DNA of 34,182 nt from a virus (taxonomy: Duplodnaviria > Caudoviricetes), in the IMG/VR virus record IMGVR_UViG_3300008005_000044, positions 1 through 34,182 of that record; one strand, written 5' to 3'. The notes beneath the pieces were generated by a model, which worked only from the letters and a program-made list of their open reading frames with translations, was not told the origin of the DNA and did no database searches. A program made the position numbers and the translations under genes. This document shows positions 23,533-31,066 of this stretch, in pieces. Each line of letters starts with the position of its first letter. Position 1 is the first letter of the stretch.

Positions 23533-25571
23533 GCGCAGCACCACAGACAGACGGCGCGCCGCTAATTGAGCGGTCGCACCACATCATGGTCCTGACGAGC
23601 GATGTCGCCGCGCGCGAGGGCGTCACGATGGCGCTCGTGACCCACCTCGCGCCCTACGGCGCAGGGTTCCGCCTAAATCTTGAGCAGGATGGCGTCGAGA
23701 TCGTCATCACGCACGCTGGCGCCAAGGCGCGCAGCGCTGGCGTTGAGCTGCCGATCGACCCACACGAGGCCAAGCAGATCCTTGAGGACCTGCGCATGGC
23801 TCTGCGCAAGTGCCGCAAGAAGCATCCCGAGGCCCTCGCGCTAGTCGATAGCGCTGTGCGCAGCTGGGTCACCGACGTGACGCACGAGGTCAGCGAGGAT
23901 CCTGAGCTCACGATCGTGACCGATGGCCCGCACGGTGCCATCAAGAAGCTCACGGCGCGGATTGTCGGCAGGGACTTCACTGGCCTCACCATCGTAGGCC
24001 ACCAGAGCTACACAGCTTGCGACCAGCATGGCGATGAGATCGCCGAGCCGCTTGCAGGCCAGGCCCTTCAGTGGCTGATCACCTATCACACCAATGCGGG
24101 GCGCCTAAGCGCAGGACTGCGCCAGGCCATTGAGGATCTTTATGGCGCGCTCGCTGACCAGTGGGCCGCGCTCAATCCAGACGATCCCGAGGACGACGAC
24201 CTTGACGAAGAGGCCGAGGAGCAGCTTGAGGAGCTGACCACCGCGACGCTTGAGGCAGCCGAGCTTGGAGGTGAGCCCGAGCAGGCGTCAATCATTGACG
24301 TGCCCGAGCCCAAGGCCGATCCGGTCTCAAGAGCGGCGATCATCCCGCTGGGCTGGCTCACGCTTGATGAGAGGTGTCAGCCCCGCACAGGGATCGACGA
24401 GGCGACTGTAGCGCGCTACGTCGAGGCGATTCAGTCAGGCGCCACGCTGCCGCCGATCGAGGTCGTGGTGTCGATCAAGGAGAGGCCGATCTGGGTGATC
24501 GATGGCTGGCACCGCGTCGAGGCGCACAAGCGGCTCAAGAGGCAGTCGATCATGGCGATCCGCCACAAGGGAGAGCTTCGCGACGCGATATGGCGAGCCA
24601 CGAGCGCCAACGCGACCAACGGCCTCCAGCGCTCACAGGCGGACCTAGCGCGCGCCATCGCGATCTTACTCGACGATCCCGAGTGGTCCGCCCTGAGCGA
24701 CCGCAGGCTCTCGCGTCATGTCGGGTGCTCAGACAAGACGATCGGCAACCACAAGCGCCGGCGCGCGCTAGAGGCGTCGGCCAGAGCGCATGAGGCGTCG
24801 GCCAGAGCGCATGAGGCGTCGGCCAGAGCGCATGAGGCGTCGGCCAGAGCGCATGAGGAGCAAGAGGCCCTGTCCGAGAGGTCCTCGCCGCCTCAAGAGG
24901 TCCTCTCGCCGACTGCGGAAATCCGCACCCCCGAGACGACGCGCCACGGGACGATCGAGCGCACCACCACGACGGCTGCGCCCGAGCGATGCACACAGAC
25001 GCTTGACCTGGTGGAGATGCTGGCGCCCTCGACGCAGGCCGAGGCGCCTGAAGACGCACCCAGCTCAGACGAGTGGTACACGCCCAAGCCCATCATCGAG
25101 CTGGCGCGCGTCATCCTCGGCGGGATTGGCCTCGACCCGGCGAGCTGCTCGGTCGCCCAGGAGGTCGTCAAGGCAGACACCTACTGGACCGCGCAAGACA
25201 ACGCGCTACTGAAAGATTGGGGTGCGGTGGGCGCGCGTACGGTGTGGCTCAATCCGCCGTACTCGCGCCGACCGATCATGCAGTTCACCAATAAGTTTTT
25301 GGACGAATACGAAGACGGCAGCTTTGAGGAGGCGCTGGTCTTGGTCAACGTCTCGTCAAGCGCCACATGGTGGCAAGACCTGGCCCTCCAGGCGCAGCTG
25401 ATCGCCTACCCGGATCGCCGGATCACGTTCTGGCGGGCTGGCGGAACGGAGGAAGCGGGCAACCGCTACGACTCGTCGATGATGTACTTCGGCGCGCCCG
25501 AGGATGCGCGCATGGTCGCGGCCACGCTCAGATCCTGCGACTGGCTCGTCACCTCGGGAGGTGGAACGTGA
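23529..25571 (+). CDS. ParB-like domain + HTH + DNA N6-adenine methyltransferase fusion (680 aa)
   Basis: Start ATG 23529. ParB motifs QPR and VIDGWHRVEA; HTH LSDRRLSRHVGCSDKTI; phage Dam-type motifs DEWYTP, LDPAS and WLNPPYS. Confidence 0.88.
   Translation: MSAAPQTDGAPLIERSHHIMVLTSDVAAREGVTMALVTHLAPYGAGFRLNLEQDGVEIVITHAGAKARSAGVELPIDPHEAKQILEDLRMALRKCRKKHPEALALVDSAVRSWVTDVTHEVSEDPELTIVTDGPHGAIKKLTARIVGRDFTGLTIVGHQSYTACDQHGDEIAEPLAGQALQWLITYHTNAGRLSAGLRQAIEDLYGALADQWAALNPDDPEDDDLDEEAEEQLEELTTATLEAAELGGEPEQASIIDVPEPKADPVSRAAIIPLGWLTLDERCQPRTGIDEATVARYVEAIQSGATLPPIEVVVSIKERPIWVIDGWHRVEAHKRLKRQSIMAIRHKGELRDAIWRATSANATNGLQRSQADLARAIAILLDDPEWSALSDRRLSRHVGCSDKTIGNHKRRRALEASARAHEASARAHEASARAHEASARAHEEQEALSERSSPPQEVLSPTAEIRTPETTRHGTIERTTTTAAPERCTQTLDLVEMLAPSTQAEAPEDAPSSDEWYTPKPIIELARVILGGIGLDPASCSVAQEVVKADTYWTAQDNALLKDWGAVGARTVWLNPPYSRRPIMQFTNKFLDEYEDGSFEEALVLVNVSSSATWWQDLALQAQLIAYPDRRITFWRAGGTEEAGNRYDSSMMYFGAPEDARMVAATLRSCDWLVTSGGGT
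24771..24854 (+). repeat. Perfect in-frame tandem repeat, 21 bp x 4 (EASARAH)
   Basis: gaggcgtcggccagagcgcat repeated four times. Confidence 0.95.
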
Positions 25572-25756
25572 TCACCATCTACGTCCACCCCACACTAGGC
25601 AACCTCTACCGCCAGATCCGATGGACCACCGACGGGCGCGTCGCACTCGACGAGTGCGACGAGCGCGGCGAGCTCACGAGCGTGGACTGCTGCCAGATCG
25701 TGCAGCCACGCGCGCTGTCATCGTGGCGACACTACCACCTCACGGGCACACCATGA
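25568..25756 (+). CDS. Hypothetical protein (62 aa)
   Basis: GTGA overlap with the methyltransferase stop and GGAGG RBS (MITIYVHPTLGNLY...). Confidence 0.6.
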   Translation: MITIYVHPTLGNLYRQIRWTTDGRVALDECDERGELTSVDCCQIVQPRALSSWRHYHLTGTP

Positions 25757-25779
25757 CCCACCCACTAAGGAGCCTCACC

Positions 25780-26541
25780 ATGCAAGAGCCCATCTACACC
25801 CCCAAGAATCCAAGCCCCACCGTCACATGCGCCGACTGCGGCGCCGTCATCGACCGCACGCAGGCCCGCCCCATCGTGGCACAGGCGCAGGTCGGCGAGG
25901 TCGTGGACATGAGCCGCCGCTACCGATGCGCAGACCGAGAGCGCTGCGAGGCCCGAGGGCCGATCGCGCAGAGCGCCGAGCAGCTGCGCGCCGACCTCGA
26001 AGCGGCGCAGACTGTGATCGAGGCGCTCAAGGCTGACAAGGTGCGCCTGCTGACCGAGCTCGACCAGTCCCAGCAGGATACCTCACGCCTCGGCGCCTAC
26101 CTAGAGGACGCCGAGCAGCAGCTCAACGCCGCCCGAGGCGCTCAGGCCTCGTCGGCTGTCGCGGCCCAAGAGGCGCTTGAGCGCCAGGCGCGCGCGCGTC
26201 TTGTGCGTGAGATCGAGTTTGTGCGCGCGGTGCGTGCGCTGGCCTTGCGTCTGAAAAGGGATCGTCCCTGCCCCGTATCCATCACGGCTTGGCGCGAGGC
26301 CAACGCTCAGCTTACGGCCATCGAGCAAGACGAGCTCCTCGATCGGATGGCCGACGCGGAGCGGGTCAAGGAGCTAGAGGCCGAGCGCGATAAGCTCAAG
26401 GCGCTGCTTTACGAGGCCGACGTCGAACGCCGCGCGATGCAACATCACATAGATGTCGTGTCAAATATCATAACCAATCCTCTCCACCCTACACCCGACG
26501 CAGAGGGCCGACTCGCTGAGCTGATGAGTTTGCTTAAGTGA
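25780..26541 (+). CDS. Zn-ribbon plus coiled-coil protein (253 aa)
   Basis: AAGGAG RBS before ATG 25780 (alternative start 25753); CADC...CADRERC followed by heptad repeats. Confidence 0.7.
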   Translation: MQEPIYTPKNPSPTVTCADCGAVIDRTQARPIVAQAQVGEVVDMSRRYRCADRERCEARGPIAQSAEQLRADLEAAQTVIEALKADKVRLLTELDQSQQDTSRLGAYLEDAEQQLNAARGAQASSAVAAQEALERQARARLVREIEFVRAVRALALRLKRDRPCPVSITAWREANAQLTAIEQDELLDRMADAERVKELEAERDKLKALLYEADVERRAMQHHIDVVSNIITNPLHPTPDAEGRLAELMSLLK

Positions 26542-26675
26542 CCCGCCACCACATCGGCGGCACCTTCGCCCTCGGCGACGTGGTGCCCGCCACACCCACA
26601 GACTTACTCATCGCCCTGATCGTGATCTTCGCGGTCGTGATCGGGGGATGCCTATACGAGAGGAGACGAGCATGA
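26538..26675 (+). CDS. Small membrane protein (45 aa)
   Basis: GTGA-coupled; manual translation contains LLIALIVIFAVVIGGCLY followed by ERRRA. Confidence 0.5.
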   Translation: MTRHHIGGTFALGDVVPATPTDLLIALIVIFAVVIGGCLYERRRA

Positions 26676-26758
26676 TCGAGCGCACACAGTGGGGATTCAC
26701 CCTCACAGTCAACGCCTGCGCGCCACGCCCATCAAGCCACCTCGCTATCTTTGTCTAA
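26672..26758 (+). CDS. Possible 28-aa peptide
   Basis: AGGAG RBS and ATGA overlap (MIERTQWGFTLTVNACAPRPSSHLAIFV). Confidence 0.3.
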   Translation: MIERTQWGFTLTVNACAPRPSSHLAIFV

Positions 26759-26776
26759 AATATTTCACATTATCTC

Positions 26777-26805
26777 TTGACGTCTAATATATTAGACACT
26801 ACATT
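26777..26805 (+). promoter_or_regulatory. Near-consensus sigma70 promoter with a palindromic operator in the spacer
   Basis: TTGACG-17 bp-TACATT; perfect palindrome gtctaatatattagac at 26782-26797; AT-rich upstream element. Confidence 0.8.
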
Positions 26806-26852
26806 GAGGACATCAGGGAGGCGATGGACGCCTCACCAAGACGGAGATAGTC

Positions 26853-27131
26853 ATGGACAAGAAGACACAGAAAGACATCAGGTCAATCGTCAGAAGCGAG
26901 CCCAACCTCACCATCACCACCACGCTTGGAGCGCTTGCGAGATCATGGGATCTGTCGCCAGAAGAGATGGGCTTCCACGAGGACACGGCGCTCGGTGAGG
27001 TCGTGAGGCTTGAGCGTGTGGCTAGGCATGGCGACTGGGCCATACTGCTCGATGCCACCGACCATCTTGTCAACAATGTGGGCGATGAGGGTGTGTTTGC
27101 CCTTGACGAGTACCAGATCCCATCCACCTAG
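26853..27131 (+). CDS. Small acidic protein, anti-defence candidate (92 aa)
   Basis: GGAG RBS; first gene behind the promoter; by my count 17 D/E versus 9 K/R. Confidence 0.75.
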   Translation: MDKKTQKDIRSIVRSEPNLTITTTLGALARSWDLSPEEMGFHEDTALGEVVRLERVARHGDWAILLDATDHLVNNVGDEGVFALDEYQIPST

Positions 27132-27140
27132 AGACAAGAA

Positions 27141-27620
27141 ATGATCCGTCACACCCTCGCACATAACCTCAAGCGCCGGCGCCTCGCAGCAGGCCTCACC
27201 CAAGCCCAGCTTGGCGAGCGCTCCGGCACGAGCCGAGGCACCATCGCCGTCATCGAGGGCGCCACGAGCGCCGCCAGCGTCGACACGCTTGAGTCCATCG
27301 CCAACGCCCTTAACACCACCCCTGCCGCACTACTGGAGACCACGCCCATGCAAGAGCTCATCATCGCCATCAAGACCGCCTCAAACCTCGACGCTTTAAC
27401 CAACGCCATCAACGACCTGGCCGACCACATCGACGGCCTCGACCTCGGCGCCCACGAGCGCGCCGTCTACTATGACGAGCAGGTCAACCTCGACTGGACT
27501 GAGCTGCCCCACTGGGGCGAGGCGCCCTCCGACACGCGCGGCATCTTTAGCTATGATGATAGGCGTCTGCTGTGGCTTGAGGGCTACCGTGCTAGCCTGA
27601 GCGACCGAGACGACGCCTAA
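27141..27620 (+). CDS. XRE-family HTH fused to an acidic C-terminal domain (159 aa)
   Basis: NLKRRRLAAGLTQAQLGERSGTSRGTIAVIEG HTH, then an about 90-aa domain (LPHWGEAPSDTRGIFSYDDRRLL). Confidence 0.85.
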   Translation: MIRHTLAHNLKRRRLAAGLTQAQLGERSGTSRGTIAVIEGATSAASVDTLESIANALNTTPAALLETTPMQELIIAIKTASNLDALTNAINDLADHIDGLDLGAHERAVYYDEQVNLDWTELPHWGEAPSDTRGIFSYDDRRLLWLEGYRASLSDRDDA

Positions 27621-27624
27621 ACGC

Positions 27625-27660
27625 AAACAAGCCCGGTGCGGAATTCCGCACCGGGGCTTT
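27625..27660. terminator. Bidirectional terminator-like hairpin between convergent operons, built on the 16-bp palindrome
   Basis: cccggtgcggaattccgcaccggg (27632-27655) flanked by aaacaa and ttt. Confidence 0.7.
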
Positions 27661-27687
27661 ACTCGACCTCGACTCGGTCCGAGAGGA

Positions 27688-28425
27688 TTAAGACACATAC
27701 ACCCAGCTCAAGCGCGCGCCATCGAGGTCGAGCACCTGATAGCGCAGCCGCCCCTCGTGCCGCTGCGTCGAGCGAGGCGCCGCCACATAGCGCACGGCGC
27801 CCCGCGTCACATCATGACGCGCGTGCTGGTGTCCGCATAGATACCAAGCTGCACGGGGGTCTAACACCTCGTGCAGCTTGAGCGCGTCTTCGAGGCGGTG
27901 CAGGTGATCATCCCACCAGACGCGGTGATGCCCGAGCACGATGGCGCCCGTCTCCAACACCATCGTGAGCTCGCCCAGCTGGTCTTGCCCCACACAGCCG
28001 CGCGCCAGATCGGGGTCACGGTCGCGCGCGCTGGCATAGTTGGTGTCGATCCCCAGCACCTGACGATCACCAAGACGCCACTCCCTGATCCCATGCGCCA
28101 GCGCCTCGCCGCCTATGAGCGGCTCGACGTGACGGCGCCAGCCCGAGTAGTCGCCGCGCCCGCCGAGGTCGACGCCTCGGGCTGCGTGAACGTCATGGTT
28201 ACCAGGGACCGCCATCAACCGATAGCCATCGACGAGCGGCATCAGCGCGCGCCGAAGCTGGGAGTACAGCACCTCAAGCGGGCGCTCCACCAGGTCGCCC
28301 GTGATCGCGACCGCGGTGTCATCGGGCTCATAGGTCGCGCGGATGTGCGCCACGAGGCTGTTGAGCTCGACGAGCCTGTCTCGGCCTGCGCCGATGTGCG
28401 TGTCTGAGAGGTGGATGATCTTCAC
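27688..28425 (-). CDS. Calcineurin-like metallophosphoesterase (CpdA/Icc-like, 245 aa)
   Basis: All five motifs present: SDTH, TGDL, PGNHD, GHH and CGHQH. Confidence 0.9.
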   Translation of the reverse strand: MKIIHLSDTHIGAGRDRLVELNSLVAHIRATYEPDDTAVAITGDLVERPLEVLYSQLRRALMPLVDGYRLMAVPGNHDVHAARGVDLGGRGDYSGWRRHVEPLIGGEALAHGIREWRLGDRQVLGIDTNYASARDRDPDLARGCVGQDQLGELTMVLETGAIVLGHHRVWWDDHLHRLEDALKLHEVLDPRAAWYLCGHQHARHDVTRGAVRYVAAPRSTQRHEGRLRYQVLDLDGARLSWVYVS

Positions 28426-28961
28426 GGCATCCTCACTCTGCTCGTGGCCTCGTCGGCCTCGCTGATCTCGTCGTCAAGCGTGGGCGCGTGCACACTGCCC
28501 GCCTGGCGCGCAGCCTCGGCGCCCTCAAGCGCGATCGCGCGGTAATGATCTCGCGACGCCCTTAGGCGATCACCCTCGCGTAGCGATGATGCCAGCTCGG
28601 TCTCAAGCCTGGCGATCTGCGCAAGCAGCTGCGCGCGCTCGTCGAGCACTGCGGCAAGCTGGCCCTCAAGGCGCGCAATGCGATCCTCGTGCGCCGAGAG
28701 CTGGCGCCGCAGCTCGGCGGCGACCTCAGCGCGCGCGGCCTTGGAGTCTCCAAGCGCGTCGATCTCGATCTCCTGCGTGTGCTCGATGAGATCGCGCCGC
28801 CGCTCCTCGGCGGCCTTATCGCGCGCGACAGCCCTGTCATACGCCAGCTTGGCGAGCGTGCCGAGCAGGCCGATCAGCGCGACAATCCACCCCCCGATCG
28901 CGGTGAGCATGGAGTGGTCTGGCGGTGGTGTTGCCATGATGGCCTCGTGTGTCGTGGTCAT
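28422..28961 (-). CDS. Holin-like membrane protein with coiled-coil tail (179 aa)
   Basis: One N-terminal TM helix (AIGGWIVALIGLLGTLA) then a coiled coil; adjacent to the endolysin; AGGAG RBS. Confidence 0.55.
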   Translation of the reverse strand: MTTTHEAIMATPPPDHSMLTAIGGWIVALIGLLGTLAKLAYDRAVARDKAAEERRRDLIEHTQEIEIDALGDSKAARAEVAAELRRQLSAHEDRIARLEGQLAAVLDERAQLLAQIARLETELASSLREGDRLRASRDHYRAIALEGAEAARQAGSVHAPTLDDEISEADEATSRVRMP

Positions 28962-29001
28962 GGTCTAGCTCCTGGCCCTCCCCCCGAGGGGCGTGGTCAG
29001 G

Positions 29002-29017
29002 GTGCGGAAATCCGCAC
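29002..29017. promoter_or_regulatory. Copy of the dispersed 16-bp palindrome between endolysin and holin-like genes
   Basis: gtgcggaaatccgcac, intergenic. Confidence 0.6.
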
Positions 29018-29023
29018 TTGGGG

Positions 29024-29578
29024 TTAGCAGTGGTTGTCGTCGTCGAGGTGAGCATAGAGCGCATGAGCCACGCGAGCGCGCCTGACATACTCGCGCAGGC
29101 GTGGGATCGGGTTCTTGTCCGCCACCTCGCGCGCGTGCATGGCGTCCTCGAGGTCGGCGCCGCCGCGCACGTCATCGCGCACCCTTCGGGCCGAGCCTGC
29201 GCCCCCCTTCCACATGATGGCGACACCCTCCAAGATGCTAACACCGTCGTAGTGCGTGCGGCTTAGGTAGCGTTTGACGCAGCGGCAGAACGCCAGCAGC
29301 GCCAGATCGGGGTCAAGCGCGGGCGCAGCTGCGACCTTATACCAAGCGCGCGTGCGCTCGGGCGGCTCGGGGATCAGCCCGCCATCGATGGCGGCCAGCG
29401 CGCCCACCTGCGTCAGCCCATAAAACTGCGCGTTAAGGCGGTGCGCCGTGGGGTCGCCGTCGCTCTCGACGTCGACGATCGCCAGGATCACGCTCAAGGG
29501 CAGCTCGTCGGCGTCAAGGCCTGCGCGCTCGCGAGCTCTTAGCGCCGCAGCGCTCCATCTGGTCACATTACTGCTCAT
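29024..29578 (-). CDS. Endolysin, lytic transglycosylase (SLT)-like (184 aa)
   Basis: Start reassigned to ATG 29578 (GGAGG RBS); ILAIVDVESDGDPTA (catalytic Glu) and YGLTQ motifs. Confidence 0.8.
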   Translation of the reverse strand: MSSNVTRWSAAALRARERAGLDADELPLSVILAIVDVESDGDPTAHRLNAQFYGLTQVGALAAIDGGLIPEPPERTRAWYKVAAAPALDPDLALLAFCRCVKRYLSRTHYDGVSILEGVAIMWKGGAGSARRVRDDVRGGADLEDAMHAREVADKNPIPRLREYVRRARVAHALYAHLDDDNHC

Positions 29579-29939
29579 AGAGATCCTCCTCTTCGGGTGG
29601 GTCGGGGACATACTCAAGGCCGAGGTCAGCGAGCCAGGCGCCGATCTCGACGCGGGGGCGGCGCTCGTTGGCGTATCGCCAGATCGTCCAGGCCGCGCCG
29701 GGGAACAGCCCCTCAAGCGCGGGTAGGCGATCAATGGTGATCTGCGTCGCCATCGAGCAGGCCATGTAGTGCGTGATCTCACCGGGGCGCCCGCCGATCG
29801 ACTGGAGCGGCCGCGAAAAAAAATCGGGCGAGGCGTCCGCTGGGTTGCGCGAGAGCTGTGCTGCCACCTGAGCGGCGTCTTCTCGGCTCTTGACGTCGAT
29901 GACCATCAGGACGTGGGCGATATATGCTGGCTCACTCAT
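29568..29939 (-). CDS. Hypothetical protein, possibly tail-fibre associated (123 aa)
   Basis: ATGA-coupled to the receptor-binding gene. Confidence 0.7.
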   Translation of the reverse strand: MSEPAYIAHVLMVIDVKSREDAAQVAAQLSRNPADASPDFFSRPLQSIGGRPGEITHYMACSMATQITIDRLPALEGLFPGAAWTIWRYANERRPRVEIGAWLADLGLEYVPDPPEEEDLYEQ

Positions 29940-31066
29940 AGGACTCCTTCCGCCGCGAGCGCGTCGCGGACCGTGGCGAGCTGCGTGTCATTAAGATTTA
30001 GGCCGATGATCACGTGATAGCGCAGCGTCCCCTGCCAGTATGACGATGGAGAGAATGAGGTGTTAATGCGCTCAGCGCCCACTGTGTGCAAGTCATTGGT
30101 GGTAGCCACCGCTGGCCATGCCCCCGTGACGGGCGTGCCTAATGGGTCACTCATCTCAGTCGCGCCAGCTGAGCCCGCGCCTGGTGTCGCCGATCTGAAT
30201 GCGAGGTCGTAGCCGTCGACGCCGATGCCTGAGAATCCATTGAGGCCGATCACCGCGGCCGAGCTGTTGCCACCCAGCAAGTAGCGCTGTCGCGTGGTCG
30301 AAGGACTGCCAGGCCGCGAGTAGTTGACGTGCGAGCAGCGACGCGTGCCCGTTGAGACGCCCTGCGTGTAGCTGCCCCAGAGCTGCCTGATCGCCGTGGT
30401 GGAGTCCTCAATGTCGTCAAAGCCATCAAGTACCGAGTAGGCCCCGTTAAAGAGCCCTGCGCTGTCGTTGGCGCTTAGGTAGTCGTCTACCCCGTCGAGG
30501 TAGACGCCGCCCGCCGTCCGCGTCGGCTTGCGCGAGGTCGTCGGCTGCACAAGTGTCCAAGCGCCGTCGGCCGTCGTCCATGTCGTGACAGGGTTGGAGA
30601 CCGCGACGCCCGTCCCCTGCGTGTGCACCCAGACGCGCGCCGAGCTGTCGATCTGGTAGATGGCGCGAAGCGGCGATGAGACCGCTGCGCTCATGGCCGG
30701 CGTCGAGTCGCCTGCGCCATTGGTCGCGACGACTGCGCAGGTCAGCAGCGCGGGGATCATGCTCGGCACGACCGAGAGCGTGTTGGTGCTGGCGCCAATG
30801 ATCGGTGAGCCGTCCTCATACCACTGGTAGGCGTAGCTGCTCGGGCTCTCGGTCCAGGTGCCTGTACCACAGGTGAGCGTCTCGCCAGCGCGCACGGTCC
30901 CGGTGATGGCAGGAAGCACGGTGTTGACGGGCACCACAGGCGCAGGGGCGCCACCCTGACCCACGACAAAAACAAGCGCGCCGCCCACGGGGGCGGCGAC
31001 AAAACGCTGGCGTTGATTGACGACACGTAAGCGCATCGTCTTGTCGTCTGGAATGACCAAGATCAT
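29936..31066 (-). CDS. Putative receptor-binding/tail fibre protein, Ig-like plus ConA/LamG-like domains (376 aa)
   Basis: Start ATG 31066. PVNTVLPAITGTVRAGETLTCGTGTW...YAYQW is an Ig-like module; GVYLDGVDDYL and YWQGTL are lectin-like motifs. Confidence 0.72.
   Translation of the reverse strand: MILVIPDDKTMRLRVVNQRQRFVAAPVGGALVFVVGQGGAPAPVVPVNTVLPAITGTVRAGETLTCGTGTWTESPSSYAYQWYEDGSPIIGASTNTLSVVPSMIPALLTCAVVATNGAGDSTPAMSAAVSSPLRAIYQIDSSARVWVHTQGTGVAVSNPVTTWTTADGAWTLVQPTTSRKPTRTAGGVYLDGVDDYLSANDSAGLFNGAYSVLDGFDDIEDSTTAIRQLWGSYTQGVSTGTRRCSHVNYSRPGSPSTTRQRYLLGGNSSAAVIGLNGFSGIGVDGYDLAFRSATPGAGSAGATEMSDPLGTPVTGAWPAVATTNDLHTVGAERINTSFSPSSYWQGTLRYHVIIGLNLNDTQLATVRDALAAEGVL

Noticed and set aside
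8674-29017. Palindromic repeats as a CRISPR array
   Set aside because: Copies are only 16 bp, kilobases apart, with no regular spacers and no cas genes.
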